Positions 9,501 through 20,288 are shown, counted from the first letter of the stretch. The stretch: 62,486 nucleotides of DNA from a virus (IMGVR_UViG_3300045741_000082:1-62486), one strand, 5' to 3'. Translations and numbers: made by a program. The notes: generated by a model not told the origin, from the letters alone.

Positions 9501-11507
9501 AGGTCCACCAGCAGTTAAATTAGGTATTACATATGCCGCTTGTAAACTTGAACTAAGAGTTATTGGACTCTGTGTGCTAAATTGAATAGTATTGTCCGTA
9601 TAAGACAGTCCTTTTATTTCTAGGTACATATCTGCTGTAAAAGTTAGTGTTGGTGAGGTCCAAGATACTGTACCGCCGCCTAAAATTTTAACTCCAGCCG
9701 CTGTAGCGGTTTTATATGTAGAATTTAACGTGGAATCTAAAGTGCTTATTGCTGCCACTAAAGAGTTACCGTCTACAACATAATAATTAGAGCTATAATT
9801 AGGGGAGCTATCAGTTTCTCCTGTAGAACCTATAAAAGTTATAAGTTGATCAGAAATCCCATCTCCTATTTCAGTGGTTTCTCCGTCTTGAAGCTCTAAC
9901 CCATTTAAATAAACTTTATTGCTTTTTCTTACTGCCAATACATATTTTTCTTTTGAAAGAGGTACTTTACCTGATCCAAAAGAATCATAATAAATAGTGG
10001 CTGAACCATTAGCAGTTAATGAAGGACTAGTAGTTATGGTGTTGTTCACATCATCTACAGCAGTAATGGTTGCTACAGTTCCTGAAGAGTCCTTCACTAC
10101 ATTTCCAACTAACACGTTACTTAGCGTTGCAGCACTTAAAGTACTAGTTGATCCAAATGCTGTAACGTTTACAGCTAAAGTCCCCTTCTGGATGGCACCT
10201 CCGCTTAAATTTATGTCATAAGCTAAAGAGCCGCCTTCAACTAAAGGAACAGAAGCCGAAGCTATAGTCATGTTTGATCCGTGCGGATTAATCAAAGTTA
10301 ATGCCGAGGACCAAGATAATATCTGAGAAGATAAAGTAAAACCTACAGTACCCCCATCAGTTAATCTTAAACTATGCTTATTATTTATAAATACTTCATA
10401 ATCTTTTAAAGAAGATACACTATTACGTAAATCTACAATACTTGACTCATGTGCTAATAAATTAGTTGAGTGCCAGTTAACTGTAGCTATATTCCAAAAT
10501 AGTTTTCCTTGGGGAGTACCAGTAACATTATCACTTACATACACATCTCTTTTTATAAGTGTATATGGTTTAGTGTTAATGATTTCAGGATTAGGTTGGT
10601 CTGGCTCCTTATCTATTCTAATTATTTCCTGAGTAGATGTTAGTCCAAGGAATATTTGATTTATATGGTAGGAATTTCCATTACTATCTATTAAAGTTCC
10701 ATCTTGAAAAGCTGCTTGCTCTGATGGACTTTTCGGAATTGGATTTCCTCCACCTAAAGAAATGTCATTAGTTATAGTTAATTCTAGATCTCTTCCATCT
10801 ATTTTTTCTGCGCCTGTTACGACACTCAATAAAACCATTTCCCCATTTCCACCTAATGTTGGAGTAATAGTTATTTGGTTAACTAAATTTGGTGAGGAAA
10901 AAGATCCAGTTGATGGAAAATTTGTTACAGATACACTTGCACCATTCTCATCTCTATAAGGAATTGGACTCTCTGTTTGAAGGGCGTCTGGAACTATATT
11001 TATTTTAAATTCTAATCTTATCTTTTGCGCTGTAGATTCTGTTATGTTGGCATTCTGTAAGAAAGGGTCTTCTACTTCAGTTATTAGTTCTTCTGAAGCA
11101 GAAATTACTACTCTGTATAGATTTGTAGGAGTAGTGAGCATATCATTAAATGTTATGATCTTTCCCAAACCACTAGTATCATCGTCTATAGACACACCAA
11201 CTGGTAAAATCCCAGTAGTAAGTATTGCTCCTGAAACTAATTGATCTTTTCCAGACCTCATTTGAAATGGAAGTCCCTTAAACCAAGCTTCTCCAGGCTT
11301 AATCAAAAGTTGATTATTGCTTAGTTTCTCTACTTTCCACGCATCTTCTACAGCTACGTCTCCAATAGTATCTTTAACCATTGTTCTAAGAGCATCTAAA
11401 ATTTCAAGCTCAATATCGGTAGCTTCAGAGGCTAAAAGGTATCTTCCCTCTACAAATTTAGATCTTAGATATCTATTTGCCCTAAATGTATTAAATCTCA
11501 ACGCCAT
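6576..11507 (-). CDS. Long tail fibre or receptor-binding protein
   Basis: 1643 aa; baseplate-attachment N-terminus (FVEGRYLLASE...PGEAWFKG), repeated FxGTGL/I beta-sandwich modules and C-terminal AKAWVTF...YNIASV fibre domain. Confidence 0.8.
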   Translation of the reverse strand: MALRFNTFRANRYLRSKFVEGRYLLASEATDIELEILDALRTMVKDTIGDVAVEDAWKVEKLSNNQLLIKPGEAWFKGLPFQMRSGKDQLVSGAILTTGILPVGVSIDDDTSGLGKIITFNDMLTTPTNLYRVVISASEELITEVEDPFLQNANITESTAQKIRLEFKINIVPDALQTESPIPYRDENGASVSVTNFPSTGSFSSPNLVNQITITPTLGGNGEMVLLSVVTGAEKIDGRDLELTITNDISLGGGNPIPKSPSEQAAFQDGTLIDSNGNSYHINQIFLGLTSTQEIIRIDKEPDQPNPEIINTKPYTLIKRDVYVSDNVTGTPQGKLFWNIATVNWHSTNLLAHESSIVDLRNSVSSLKDYEVFINNKHSLRLTDGGTVGFTLSSQILSWSSALTLINPHGSNMTIASASVPLVEGGSLAYDINLSGGAIQKGTLAVNVTAFGSTSTLSAATLSNVLVGNVVKDSSGTVATITAVDDVNNTITTSPSLTANGSATIYYDSFGSGKVPLSKEKYVLAVRKSNKVYLNGLELQDGETTEIGDGISDQLITFIGSTGETDSSPNYSSNYYVVDGNSLVAAISTLDSTLNSTYKTATAAGVKILGGGTVSWTSPTLTFTADMYLEIKGLSYTDNTIQFSTQSPITLSSSLQAAYVIPNLTAGGPNLTVSVGSLSTIPTNALIIARREGTDVIVGSSSTRLKSGQSSTLYSQMSDQNLTYVGATDTSSSQPSYSSSIRGTANESLTSRAGQLTDAIGDNQEDRSMYLRSDNPVTWDGSSLSFPGNIIVEVINTKSGTITQHTISIANSPISLSNGESAWVSINRSSTSETLTLNKSGTLAIPAQTQANKDVIVLFRRVDVSGSGYLHIPLHKQIIEPNQTVRLGSATGASTNLQAIQNILTNVAEPFQSPNPLTSGTAYTAITVQDLSGNKRTTFDPNQTVRPAYGIERVGFKNLRRVPNEKGPNGEPVWRSDDERVRFVGANWTLVSTTSGTYPQTSVVGEYVEITFNGTALDLLHLGSHSILVSANGGASTSDSSSNTNIGGFGYSVNVVQNIASVSNSASVVTGLSASGSNTVKITNNTAINPLGVYGFDIITETSTVQASSPITIPPGTAYANGLSAALLTTQTTPYDSGFISGTLGTKGGRVVVYYDGANLQKILQPTSTNAPTYLASADHSSEDPIRTINWREFGTTGARDFNGLSTGSSDKYFVLNDGTTTLIGDNVAASGTTNDSLFIAGTGGNLTIVFVGTGLDIIRSDQGTGTIPNVGLYIDGVLNVSVLPTTATADKRVQKIVANLPYGTHTVRFAAPATVLQDFGLTDFIIYGPKKPSIPIGSIEIDEYFIMADYSRSTTQDSSIGTPLSQGILYKSPMRENFYSSGWTVQQVADVSTTRGFYVSTTSNNQAVTYTFFGTGIEIISSYTTTPNTRKISIDGTLYTGAAQVSYNGGAVPTWTPGTSTWLDGGTAGSSLQITGLPLGQHTIQVIKSSATDTFAFYGMNVITPIHFADYKNGSLSIKPAIEVAKLGEQDNVDLGKAKAWVTFDSTNSIVLASYNIASVVKIATGQYDVFFRRPFTSSNYAISGFIYDVSAQFGAGQNGNISLKTNHSIALAIRNAADTGYTDKNWSLAVFGELVDEEEEG

Positions 11508-11518
11508 TTTTAATCCTC

Positions 11519-13240
11519 TTAAACTATTGTGAAAATAAATCCTGCTCTAGTACCAAATGGTATGTATTCAGGAAATAACTTGTTTAAAATAATGAATCTA
11601 TCCGCATTTAATGGAGAAAGGACTGCGTAGTCTCCTCCAGGATTTCTATTATTTATCGTTCCTTTTACTGTTATAGTAGTTGCTGTGTTAGACACAACTT
11701 CAAATATATCATTAACTTCTTCAACATTGGGCAACAAAAAAGTTCCAACTAGGCTATTAACTGCACCAAAATTAGCTGTTGAATCTGTCATGGTTGTTGT
11801 TCCACTAGACAAAGAAAATTGAGTACTGGTTCCTATATACAAAGCCACGTTTGGTAGCGTTATAGTAAATTCTCTAAAAGTAAAGAATCCAGGCACAACT
11901 ATTCCTGGAACAGCTTTTAAAAACCTTCCTCCAGTCACAAAGGGATCTTCTTGAACTAATCTTATGTTCAGAGGTCCTATATCTGGGTCTAGAAATCTTA
12001 ATGCGTCGGAATTAGCTAGGGAGTCTTGTATAGCGGAGGAATAATCTCCAGTTCCCTTGGTTATGTCCCAAGTAGTAATCTCTCTAATAAATAGTGCTAT
12101 ACCTTCTTTACTTCCTTTTAACTTCCAAAGCCATAATTGATTTCTGGCTACCCTTCTTAAGGTATCTATGCCTATAGAATATCCTATGGATGGTAAACCG
12201 TTTTGTTCAGATAGAGGCAAAAGAGCCGTAACTAAAATTTTATCTGAATCTTGCAAATTGTAAGTATTTACTAAGCTTTGCAGCTCATTAAACTGATGTC
12301 CAAAAACCTTCATCAAGTCTTGTAGATCTTCAGTAGAGTCTAACTCTCTGTATAGAGTTGGCCACAGATTATATAGTAATTCCCCAAAATTATAATCTTT
12401 AGTGCTTAAAGCCCAATTTTGAGTAGAGTCTGTACTATCAAAGTTAGAAAATTTTGCTTGAGCTACATTTGTTCCTACGGTTTTAGTAAAAATAGTGTAG
12501 TAATAAAATGTATCATCTTCTAGCTTAGTCCCAGATCTAGCTGTTGCTTCAGAAACGGTTCTGTAATTATCTATATATGGTAATGGCTGACTATTATAAT
12601 GGCTGTTCAAAATTGTCATTCCTGGACCTATAACTGGGGTTCCAGATTGCCAGAAGTATACCGTATCTGAAGTATTGCTTTTTATTATGAATTTAGTTCC
12701 TACAGAATCCCTAAATATTAGATTAGCAACTTCATCTTGAGAAAAATCCTTAACCACTAGACTATTGTTATCAATTACTACTAAGTTCTTTATAAATCCT
12801 GATCCAGAAGTAGTTCTTATATCATATTCATAGTTTTCTTGTGGTCTAGACTCTGCCGCAAAATCTGGAAGTACTGTAAAGAATCCAGCAGATGGTGTTG
12901 TATCTAGAGTCAGAGAAGTCGAGGTGTTGCTTAAGATTCTGTGAACTTGACTATTAGAATCCCTCAAAAGTCTTCCATTTAAATTTGGAGATGTGGGGAG
13001 TCCAGTTGGACTAAAAACATTAGTACCGACTATGGTGGCTCCCCTAAATATTTCTGTAGGTCTCACATCAGTAGCTCTGTTTGGAAAGCTACTGTTATAT
13101 AGTTCCTCTGGAAAATGACTAGTTGTTTTAGTAACTATCAGTTCATCAGAGGAGTTATTAAAGTCTAGTGGTGCCTTCCAATTAAGCCCAGTTTGATTTG
13201 GGAGTAATGATTGGGCGGTAAATTCTCTAGCAAGACTCAT
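11519..13240 (-). CDS. Baseplate wedge protein (P2 gpI / T4 gp7-like)
   Basis: LYNLWPTLYRELD, LLPLSEQNG, WKLKGSKEGI and YIPFGTR motifs; follows baseplate J. Confidence 0.75.
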   Translation of the reverse strand: MSLAREFTAQSLLPNQTGLNWKAPLDFNNSSDELIVTKTTSHFPEELYNSSFPNRATDVRPTEIFRGATIVGTNVFSPTGLPTSPNLNGRLLRDSNSQVHRILSNTSTSLTLDTTPSAGFFTVLPDFAAESRPQENYEYDIRTTSGSGFIKNLVVIDNNSLVVKDFSQDEVANLIFRDSVGTKFIIKSNTSDTVYFWQSGTPVIGPGMTILNSHYNSQPLPYIDNYRTVSEATARSGTKLEDDTFYYYTIFTKTVGTNVAQAKFSNFDSTDSTQNWALSTKDYNFGELLYNLWPTLYRELDSTEDLQDLMKVFGHQFNELQSLVNTYNLQDSDKILVTALLPLSEQNGLPSIGYSIGIDTLRRVARNQLWLWKLKGSKEGIALFIREITTWDITKGTGDYSSAIQDSLANSDALRFLDPDIGPLNIRLVQEDPFVTGGRFLKAVPGIVVPGFFTFREFTITLPNVALYIGTSTQFSLSSGTTTMTDSTANFGAVNSLVGTFLLPNVEEVNDIFEVVSNTATTITVKGTINNRNPGGDYAVLSPLNADRFIILNKLFPEYIPFGTRAGFIFTIV

Positions 13241-13250
13241 ATAAATTCCT

Positions 13251-16200
13251 TTAGTCTACTCCACCGTAGATTTTTATGTCTATATCTGATTCTTTTATTT
13301 GTGGTATTTCATTAAGTCTTATATTAACTATATCATCTGCATATCTTGATGATCGGAAAGTAAAGGTGTCTACTTGCTTATTAGGAATACTTGCTACGGT
13401 TCCTTTTCCTAAAGCAGTTACGTTTGAAGCTGATGTTGGGCTTCCATTAGTAATACCCAAAATAACCGACATCTCATTTTGATCATCGTAGTATCTAGTG
13501 CTTATAGTAGCTCCAGATCCTAAAACAGGAGTTAAGTTGCTCTGTAAAATTACTGATTTTGTACCTTCTACAGAAAATATAGCATCTATTCCATTACTAC
13601 CTGTATAATCAACTCCACCGCCAACAAACTGATTTGGTCCAGTAGTGTGATTAGACCAAGAACTAACTCCATCATATCTAGAGAAAGATCCGTTAGTGTA
13701 AGTTGGAGAACTGTTATCTATGCCTACTAATATCCTATCCCTAATTTCCACAGATCCATAATTTGATGAAGAGGGTGTAGGAGTTGCAGTTATAGCTACT
13801 GGAAAAGTTCCTGTAACTGGATCTTGAATAACTAAGGTATTATTTAAATCGTCTACTGCAGTTATTAAATAATATGTGGGGCTTGCATTTGCATCTCTAA
13901 AATAGTTTCCTGGAACTACTGATCCAAGGCTTACTGGTGATAGATAACTGACGGTTCCATTAATAGAGCTATAAGTAAATCCAACCAAACCTGTATTTGT
14001 AAATGCTATTCCTGTCTGCTCGCTACTTACGTAAGCTGCATCTGGAACTAAAACTAAATGATATTGAGTACCTGCTGAAAGAGTAGGCGGAGTATTAAAT
14101 CCAAAAGATATTTTATTATATCCAGAATATGTTACATTAGTTACCGAAGTAGCATTTGATGTAGCTACTACACTACTTAAATTAGGAAGCCCACCCAAAT
14201 CGTTTACTATCTTGGCAGTGAGGTTTCCTAGAATATTCCCTTCTCTTTTTAAATAAAAAGTAACTACTGCATATAAATCTGTAGTAGGTACTTTAAATCC
14301 TTGAGCTACTTGAGATCCAAGTCCAGAACCATTTAATTGAAACGTAGAACTAAAATTAACTTGATCATAAAATACTGAAGGTTTAGCTTCATTATCTACT
14401 CCAACAATATTTAATATTTGTCCACTAGAATCTATTAATACATACTCTGAATTTACTCCAGATAGATTTGGGGCAGCATTTAGTCTAGCTGTACCTGTAC
14501 CTACGTCATAGGATGATATATCTACGGCTACTCCAAGATTTCCTATAGAGGATTGTAATGAAGATATAGTAAAGTCATCTCCAATAGTACCTATTTGACT
14601 AAACTCACCACCTATAGAATAAACAGTGTTGTCACTGTTAAACTGTATACTAAACACAGTATCTCTAAAGGTAATTTGCTTTCCGCTCATTTTTCTTACT
14701 ATTTTATACTCTCCAGGAACTACTGTAGTAATTCCAGCATCGCTAACAGCAGAAACTGATACTTTTATTGTATTACTATCATTATGAACTATTTCCCAAA
14801 TATTTGTAGAAGCATCAACTAAATAGTATTGTCCAGTAGCATATTGGCCTGGAATAAAAACTTTTGAGTTATCTAATAGGATTCTAGAGCTTAACGCTAC
14901 AGAAGTTCCTTTATCTACGGATAGATCCAGGTTAGTATCTGTTATGCTATCTACAGCTAAATTTGTTGCCTTAGCCTTAATCTTCTTGAAACACTTAAAT
15001 GATTCATAGGTTGTGTTGCCGCTTCTTATTGATCCGTGGGCGCTGGTGGTCACTGTATTGTTTATGGTCAATCCAGAAGATATTGCTATGGTGTTATTAG
15101 TAGTGTTGACTGACAATATTGAAAAGTCTGTTCCAGTACCATCTCTGAATTGGTCTCCTGGAGCTACCGAAGTTAAATTAACTGGAAAAGAATAAGTTAC
15201 GACTCCAGTTCCTGAGTTATATGTAAATCCAACTAAAGACGTATTATCAAATAGTAGGATTCCTCCAGTTCTTGTCTGTACACTACTAGCTGCCAATAAC
15301 CACTCTGTTTCTGAAATATTCGGAAAGATAGTAACGTCGCTAGTTTTATATCTTGTTAAAAATCCTTTAACTCTCTGTTCGACTCTAGGTCTATAAGACA
15401 GTCTCTTTATCTCAAATCTCTCTATTCCAGAAATAGTTTCTATTATGTTATTTATATCTTTTAATAGTATTTGTTCTGAAAACTTTATTCCAGATCCCTT
15501 AGCTCCTCCAGTACTCAAACTGAAAAAATTAGTTATTGCTTTTATCAAAGAAGACTTAACTGTACTTTTACTTGCTGTATCTGAAATAAAAACTTCTAAG
15601 CCTATTAAAGTATCTATTCCAAAAGCATCTCTTATCTGAAATTGAACAGTTACTGTTTTCCTTCTATCTATAAAACTACTAAGTCTATTTTTTAATATAG
15701 GATTATCTGATATTTGTGGTATTCCAGAACCTTGAGGAACTACATATATATTTAGATCTACTCCAGGATCAGTATTGTTAATCTCTGTCGAAGCTGTGAA
15801 TACTTGACTAAAATTAGCTATTAATATGTCAGAATAGTCTTGTTCAGATACCGCTCTTTCTAATGTTCGTAAACTAGCTGGAATAAGTTCTCTAAGTTGG
15901 TCTATGGATTGTTGGTCTGCTCCCCCAGAAAACTCTGAGTTATTGGTAACAGCAGTAACTGCAGGCAAAGAACTAACTAAAGTTGTTAATGACTGCTTTG
16001 CTATATTACCAGCAGATCCTCCACCAGTTCTGTAAGTAATAGATATTACCTCTCCTGGTTGAAGCTTTCTACCAAAAATACCATCTCCAAAAGACACATA
16101 AGGAGTGTCGTCTGGTCTGGTTCCTACAGAAAATACTCTTCCTCCACCACCAATAACAACTCCTAAAGAGTCAAATACTGCTGGCATATCTGTACCATTA

Positions 16201-16826
16201 TTTTTTAGAAAACTATCTACTAAAGTGTATGAATTTCCGCTAACAGTTAGTTGAGGGGTTATATCTCCAGGAATTAAGTTGGTTAGATCCCTAATTACAT
16301 TAGGACCTCTCAAATCAAATTCCTCTGATTGTAGACCTTCAGCTACGAACTGCTCAGTTACTATTTCTCCTTGCAGTACACTGGCATTTATATCTCCAGC
16401 AGCAATAGCAGTAACAGCAGTAGTAACAAAAAACGGTTGTCCGTCTGAAGACTGTACTTTAAATCCTCTCGGAATAGTTACTGGGCCAGTTACAGTAAAT
16501 GTAGCTACACCAGAAGAACTGGTAGCTGTAGCTGGAACATAACCAAACTGTTTAGCTATCAATTCTATAGCACTTCTTGTAGAAGCAGTTTGTAAATATG
16601 ATTCTGTGGCTTGATTATCAAAATAAAAGAATAGAGAGTCTGCTATGTATGAAACTATTTCTAGCCAAGTTCTGCTAAAACTATCGGCGTTAAAATCTGT
16701 CCATAACCTGTTTGCACTAGTTCCTGGACCATAGTTCACATTAGCAAAGGCGATTATAGCATCAACAGTGCTGTTAAAGTCTTTTAAAATATAATCTATG
16801 TCTCTATTTGTAGTAATATTTGCCAT
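13251..16826 (-). CDS. Baseplate J / T4 gp6-like wedge protein with large insertions
   Basis: KDFNS, WTDFN, FGDGIFG, YRTGGGSAGN, GGADQQS and RAVSEQDY motifs. Confidence 0.9.
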   Translation of the reverse strand: MANITTNRDIDYILKDFNSTVDAIIAFANVNYGPGTSANRLWTDFNADSFSRTWLEIVSYIADSLFFYFDNQATESYLQTASTRSAIELIAKQFGYVPATATSSSGVATFTVTGPVTIPRGFKVQSSDGQPFFVTTAVTAIAAGDINASVLQGEIVTEQFVAEGLQSEEFDLRGPNVIRDLTNLIPGDITPQLTVSGNSYTLVDSFLKNNGTDMPAVFDSLGVVIGGGGRVFSVGTRPDDTPYVSFGDGIFGRKLQPGEVISITYRTGGGSAGNIAKQSLTTLVSSLPAVTAVTNNSEFSGGADQQSIDQLRELIPASLRTLERAVSEQDYSDILIANFSQVFTASTEINNTDPGVDLNIYVVPQGSGIPQISDNPILKNRLSSFIDRRKTVTVQFQIRDAFGIDTLIGLEVFISDTASKSTVKSSLIKAITNFFSLSTGGAKGSGIKFSEQILLKDINNIIETISGIERFEIKRLSYRPRVEQRVKGFLTRYKTSDVTIFPNISETEWLLAASSVQTRTGGILLFDNTSLVGFTYNSGTGVVTYSFPVNLTSVAPGDQFRDGTGTDFSILSVNTTNNTIAISSGLTINNTVTTSAHGSIRSGNTTYESFKCFKKIKAKATNLAVDSITDTNLDLSVDKGTSVALSSRILLDNSKVFIPGQYATGQYYLVDASTNIWEIVHNDSNTIKVSVSAVSDAGITTVVPGEYKIVRKMSGKQITFRDTVFSIQFNSDNTVYSIGGEFSQIGTIGDDFTISSLQSSIGNLGVAVDISSYDVGTGTARLNAAPNLSGVNSEYVLIDSSGQILNIVGVDNEAKPSVFYDQVNFSSTFQLNGSGLGSQVAQGFKVPTTDLYAVVTFYLKREGNILGNLTAKIVNDLGGLPNLSSVVATSNATSVTNVTYSGYNKISFGFNTPPTLSAGTQYHLVLVPDAAYVSSEQTGIAFTNTGLVGFTYSSINGTVSYLSPVSLGSVVPGNYFRDANASPTYYLITAVDDLNNTLVIQDPVTGTFPVAITATPTPSSSNYGSVEIRDRILVGIDNSSPTYTNGSFSRYDGVSSWSNHTTGPNQFVGGGVDYTGSNGIDAIFSVEGTKSVILQSNLTPVLGSGATISTRYYDDQNEMSVILGITNGSPTSASNVTALGKGTVASIPNKQVDTFTFRSSRYADDIVNIRLNEIPQIKESDIDIKIYGGVD

Positions 16827-16835
16827 TATTTCACC

Positions 16836-17249
16836 CTATGAAAAAGATAGTGAGGTTCCTGCTCTAAAAGGAAAAACCAAGTTTAAAGCCGTATCAGTAT
16901 TGTTTACTATAAATTGAATATTAAATGTTATCAATCCAGTATTTTCATTTACAGTACTATCTATGTTAGTTAAAGTTACTCTGGGTTCAAAATTCTCTAT
17001 AGCGGCTTGTATTGAAGCTTTTCCTGCTTCTGCCGCAACTTCTAAATTTTCCCACACTTGTTCTCTTAAATGACATCCAAAATCTGGTCTATTAACTCTT
17101 TCTCCAGGAATAGTAAGTAATAATTGTTGTATGTCCTGAAGTAATAGATTCAATCCAGATATTGGCTGGAATGTTCCATTTATGGGAAAACCTAAATCAG
17201 ATCCTAGTCTTTCATTTAAACTTTGAGTTGCAGATTTTAATTTAACCAT
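16836..17249 (-). CDS. gp25/GPW baseplate wedge protein
   Basis: LLTIPGERVNRPDFGC and IENFEPRV motifs. Confidence 0.92.
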   Translation of the reverse strand: MVKLKSATQSLNERLGSDLGFPINGTFQPISGLNLLLQDIQQLLLTIPGERVNRPDFGCHLREQVWENLEVAAEAGKASIQAAIENFEPRVTLTNIDSTVNENTGLITFNIQFIVNNTDTALNLVFPFRAGTSLSFS

Positions 17250-17845
17250 TATGATATTACTCCTACTCCTGCTCCAGATCCGCCAGAAGGAGTTCCAGAG
17301 GGAGATCCTACTATAACTACGGTTCCTGTAGCAGAGTTTAAAATTTCAGTAACTATACCTGTGGCTATTACATTACTTAAGACGGTCCTATTAGATCCTA
17401 CTGCTCCAGCAAGACTAAGTTGAGAGTCTATATTGTTTTTCATTTCTGTAATAGATACTGGTATTGATCCTATAACTATTGTTCCGACTCCAGCAAAAAC
17501 TGGAGTATGAGTTGATGTTAAAGTTGCTGAAGAACTTAGATGCGTAACTACAGCATTCATTATTGCCATTAAAAAATTGTTTGCATTTACTCCAACTGAA
17601 GGCATTATGGAAATTGAAGTAGAAGTCATATTAGTTGGGTTTAATCCAGTTAATCCTACTCCACTACCTGCCCCAAATCCAGGAACACTTCCTGCATCTA
17701 GAGTAGCAAAAGATTTTCCAGAAATGCTCATGACTATTCCTGCAGCTATAGCATTAGAGAATATGGTTCTGTTAGATCCATTAGCTCCATATCCAGCTAA
17801 ATTTGAATCTATTAATGAACCTAATGTGGGTGCAGAAAGAGACAT
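17249..17845 (-). CDS. Gly/Ala-rich baseplate-associated protein (possible spike tip)
   Basis: Lies between spike and gp25; internally repeated AIAAGIV / VIATGIV. Confidence 0.5.
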   Translation of the reverse strand: MSLSAPTLGSLIDSNLAGYGANGSNRTIFSNAIAAGIVMSISGKSFATLDAGSVPGFGAGSGVGLTGLNPTNMTSTSISIMPSVGVNANNFLMAIMNAVVTHLSSSATLTSTHTPVFAGVGTIVIGSIPVSITEMKNNIDSQLSLAGAVGSNRTVLSNVIATGIVTEILNSATGTVVIVGSPSGTPSGGSGAGVGVIS

Positions 17846-17848
17846 ATT

Positions 17849-18616
17849 TTATCCTGACTTTACTGTGGTCACTCCAGTTGTTGGGTATCCAAAAATACTG
17901 TCTATTACTGGATCAGTAGTAGTTGTTAAGACGTTTCCAGAAGAACCATTTAAAGTTATTTGTTGAGCAGATATTTTTGCATTTCCAGAACAAACAACAT
18001 TGCAGTCGGCTCCTGCCGTTACGTTAACTGTTTGTTTAGCATTTATTGTTATTTGGCCGCTGGAAGAATCTATCGTTATACTAGAGCCATCTCTAGATTC
18101 TATCAAAATCTTTTCTAATCCATGATCTGGATCATCCATTATATGTATTTTGTATGATTTGGTATCAGATTCATCATGTGGTGCTGTAGTAATTCTGATC
18201 CCTCTTCTCAAAGTAGTCAAATCAGTGTCTTTGGGTGAATTGGTTGGATTGGATATCCCATCATCCAATTCTATTAAATGTCCAGAAGGGGTATATAAAC
18301 CTCTATTTGTAGGAACATTTCTATCACTAAATGCTATAGGTATGTTTGCTTTTCCTGGATAACCTATAGTTAGATTTCCGTGTGCTATAGGAAACTCTGG
18401 CTCCCCACTATCACATTCTACGTAAACTATATCTCCTATAGAAGGTACGTCAAATTGTCCAGGAGAGTGCAGATAAGGAACCCACACTGTTTCTCCTAGT
18501 ATTGGATGATCTATTAATATTCTTCCTTTGTTAGCTGGGTCTCTGTTGTCAAGTACCTTAGCTTTAGATCTTTCAGAATACCTATGTCGTCCATAATTAT
18601 CTTTAGTTCTAAACAT
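17849..18616 (-). CDS. Baseplate spike (gpV / gp5 OB-fold)
   Basis: DNRDPANKGRI, VPSIGDIVYV and TPSGHLIELDD motifs. Confidence 0.88.
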   Translation of the reverse strand: MFRTKDNYGRHRYSERSKAKVLDNRDPANKGRILIDHPILGETVWVPYLHSPGQFDVPSIGDIVYVECDSGEPEFPIAHGNLTIGYPGKANIPIAFSDRNVPTNRGLYTPSGHLIELDDGISNPTNSPKDTDLTTLRRGIRITTAPHDESDTKSYKIHIMDDPDHGLEKILIESRDGSSITIDSSSGQITINAKQTVNVTAGADCNVVCSGNAKISAQQITLNGSSGNVLTTTTDPVIDSIFGYPTTGVTTVKSG

Positions 18617-18624
18617 AATAATAC

Positions 18625-20286
18625 CTACTTAGATTGTTTGGATTGCTTGAACTTATTGTCTTTATATTCATCCATTACTTTTGTTTGATCGTCTCCAAAT
18701 GTTGAGCTTGTTTTCTCTACATTTAAAACTCTTATAGCAACAAAGTCATCCCCACTTTGAGTTCCTGTAGGGAGTGCTACTCCGCCTGAAGCGACCATTT
18801 GTGACATTCCGCTACAACGACAAGAATACCCACTTGAGTCTATACTGTGAGTTACAGAAATAACTCTGTATTTTCCGCTATATCTTATTCCTATACCAGC
18901 AATCTCCATAACTCCAGGTATTAACTTAGTATATCCTATAGTGTTAAAATCTATGTGAATCATCTTGGCATTTTTTGCGGTTAACACTTTAGATCTATCT
19001 TCTATATTAGCTTGGGACGTTGCTGGACTGTTGTCTACTATTCCTGTTGTTCCTCCGTTGGCTACTTTTTCACTTATCCCTTTAGCGGCAGGATTTGCAT
19101 TATTTCCTGTAGGATCAGTAGGAACAGCCTGTTCTTTTTTATTTACAGAAGTGTTGTATTGGGTTAAAACCTCTCTACCAACTCCATCATCTACAGATTT
19201 CTCATTTCCGTTTTCATCTATAGTTTTATTTGATGTTCCTAACATACCACCAAAATCAGCATTAACGGTTATACTTTTTAATATGCTTCCAGGTCCTTTC
19301 CAGTGAAGTAATTCTTTATCGGATACTATTACGTTTTTCTCAAAATCAGCATATTTAATGAATATAATAGTTTCTTTTCCAGAAGTGGGATCTAAAAGTA
19401 TTTCGTAATAACATCCAGAGTTTGCAGCTAACTTTTTCATAAATTGATGAAAGCTCTCTCCAGCTAACCACATTTTTTGGTGTCCATCTATTACGTCATA
19501 AGGTAAATTAGTACTGACTATAGCTGCCATACCTGCATCTTTAGCTATCTTTTTAATTAAGGCATCTGTTTTTACATCCTTAAAATCTATAATAGAATCG
19601 TTAGCTTTAGAGGTTATCTTTCTTTCTCCGAACACTACAGCTTTTTTTGTAGCTGTTTGATCAGCTAAGGAAGTAAAAGATAATCCAGTAATTGTGGTTC
19701 TTGGCATACCTTCTTGTGGGAATTCAGTGTTGACGACTTGTATTATCATCATAACACTTCTTACAGAAGAGCGGTCTTCAAGATACCCCCAAGTTACTTT
19801 AATTTTATTCCTTTCTTGAAACAGGAATAGGGGTGCTTTATCTTCGTACTTATATTTTCTGGTTGTGTCGTTATTTACAACGTTTTTTTGTATAGTATTA
19901 TCTACTTTTCCTTCTTTCTTTTCTTTGTCAGTCAAGAAAGTTATTCCATGAGCGCCACTAAATCTTAAATCAGTTATTAATCCTGATCTATTAGTTAGCG
20001 ATCCAGCTATATCTAGATCTACTTTTTCTCCTTCATTTGGAACTTGGTATAATCCAGAAGTTCCTGCTCTATAATCTGGGGATGCTGGTTCTCTTGAACC
20101 TTCAACAAAAGTTATAGATATGCTAGATGGTGTTGTGTGGTCATCCACCATCATATTTTCTATTATTTCAACCTTTTCCACCAATCTTAATATATGATGG
20201 GGGAGTTTTGCTGTTCTCTTCCAAGAAGGGTCTCCTACTGTAATTTCATAGAATGGGGTCTTGAATTTACGATAGTCGGCGGCCAT
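18625..20286 (-). CDS. Baseplate hub (gpD / gp27 / VgrG-like)
   Basis: IKVTWGY, ESFHQFMKKLA and GIGIRYSGKYRVISVTHSIDSSGY motifs. Confidence 0.85.
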   Translation of the reverse strand: MAADYRKFKTPFYEITVGDPSWKRTAKLPHHILRLVEKVEIIENMMVDDHTTPSSISITFVEGSREPASPDYRAGTSGLYQVPNEGEKVDLDIAGSLTNRSGLITDLRFSGAHGITFLTDKEKKEGKVDNTIQKNVVNNDTTRKYKYEDKAPLFLFQERNKIKVTWGYLEDRSSVRSVMMIIQVVNTEFPQEGMPRTTITGLSFTSLADQTATKKAVVFGERKITSKANDSIIDFKDVKTDALIKKIAKDAGMAAIVSTNLPYDVIDGHQKMWLAGESFHQFMKKLAANSGCYYEILLDPTSGKETIIFIKYADFEKNVIVSDKELLHWKGPGSILKSITVNADFGGMLGTSNKTIDENGNEKSVDDGVGREVLTQYNTSVNKKEQAVPTDPTGNNANPAAKGISEKVANGGTTGIVDNSPATSQANIEDRSKVLTAKNAKMIHIDFNTIGYTKLIPGVMEIAGIGIRYSGKYRVISVTHSIDSSGYSCRCSGMSQMVASGGVALPTGTQSGDDFVAIRVLNVEKTSSTFGDDQTKVMDEYKDNKFKQSKQSK

Positions 20287-20288
20287 AT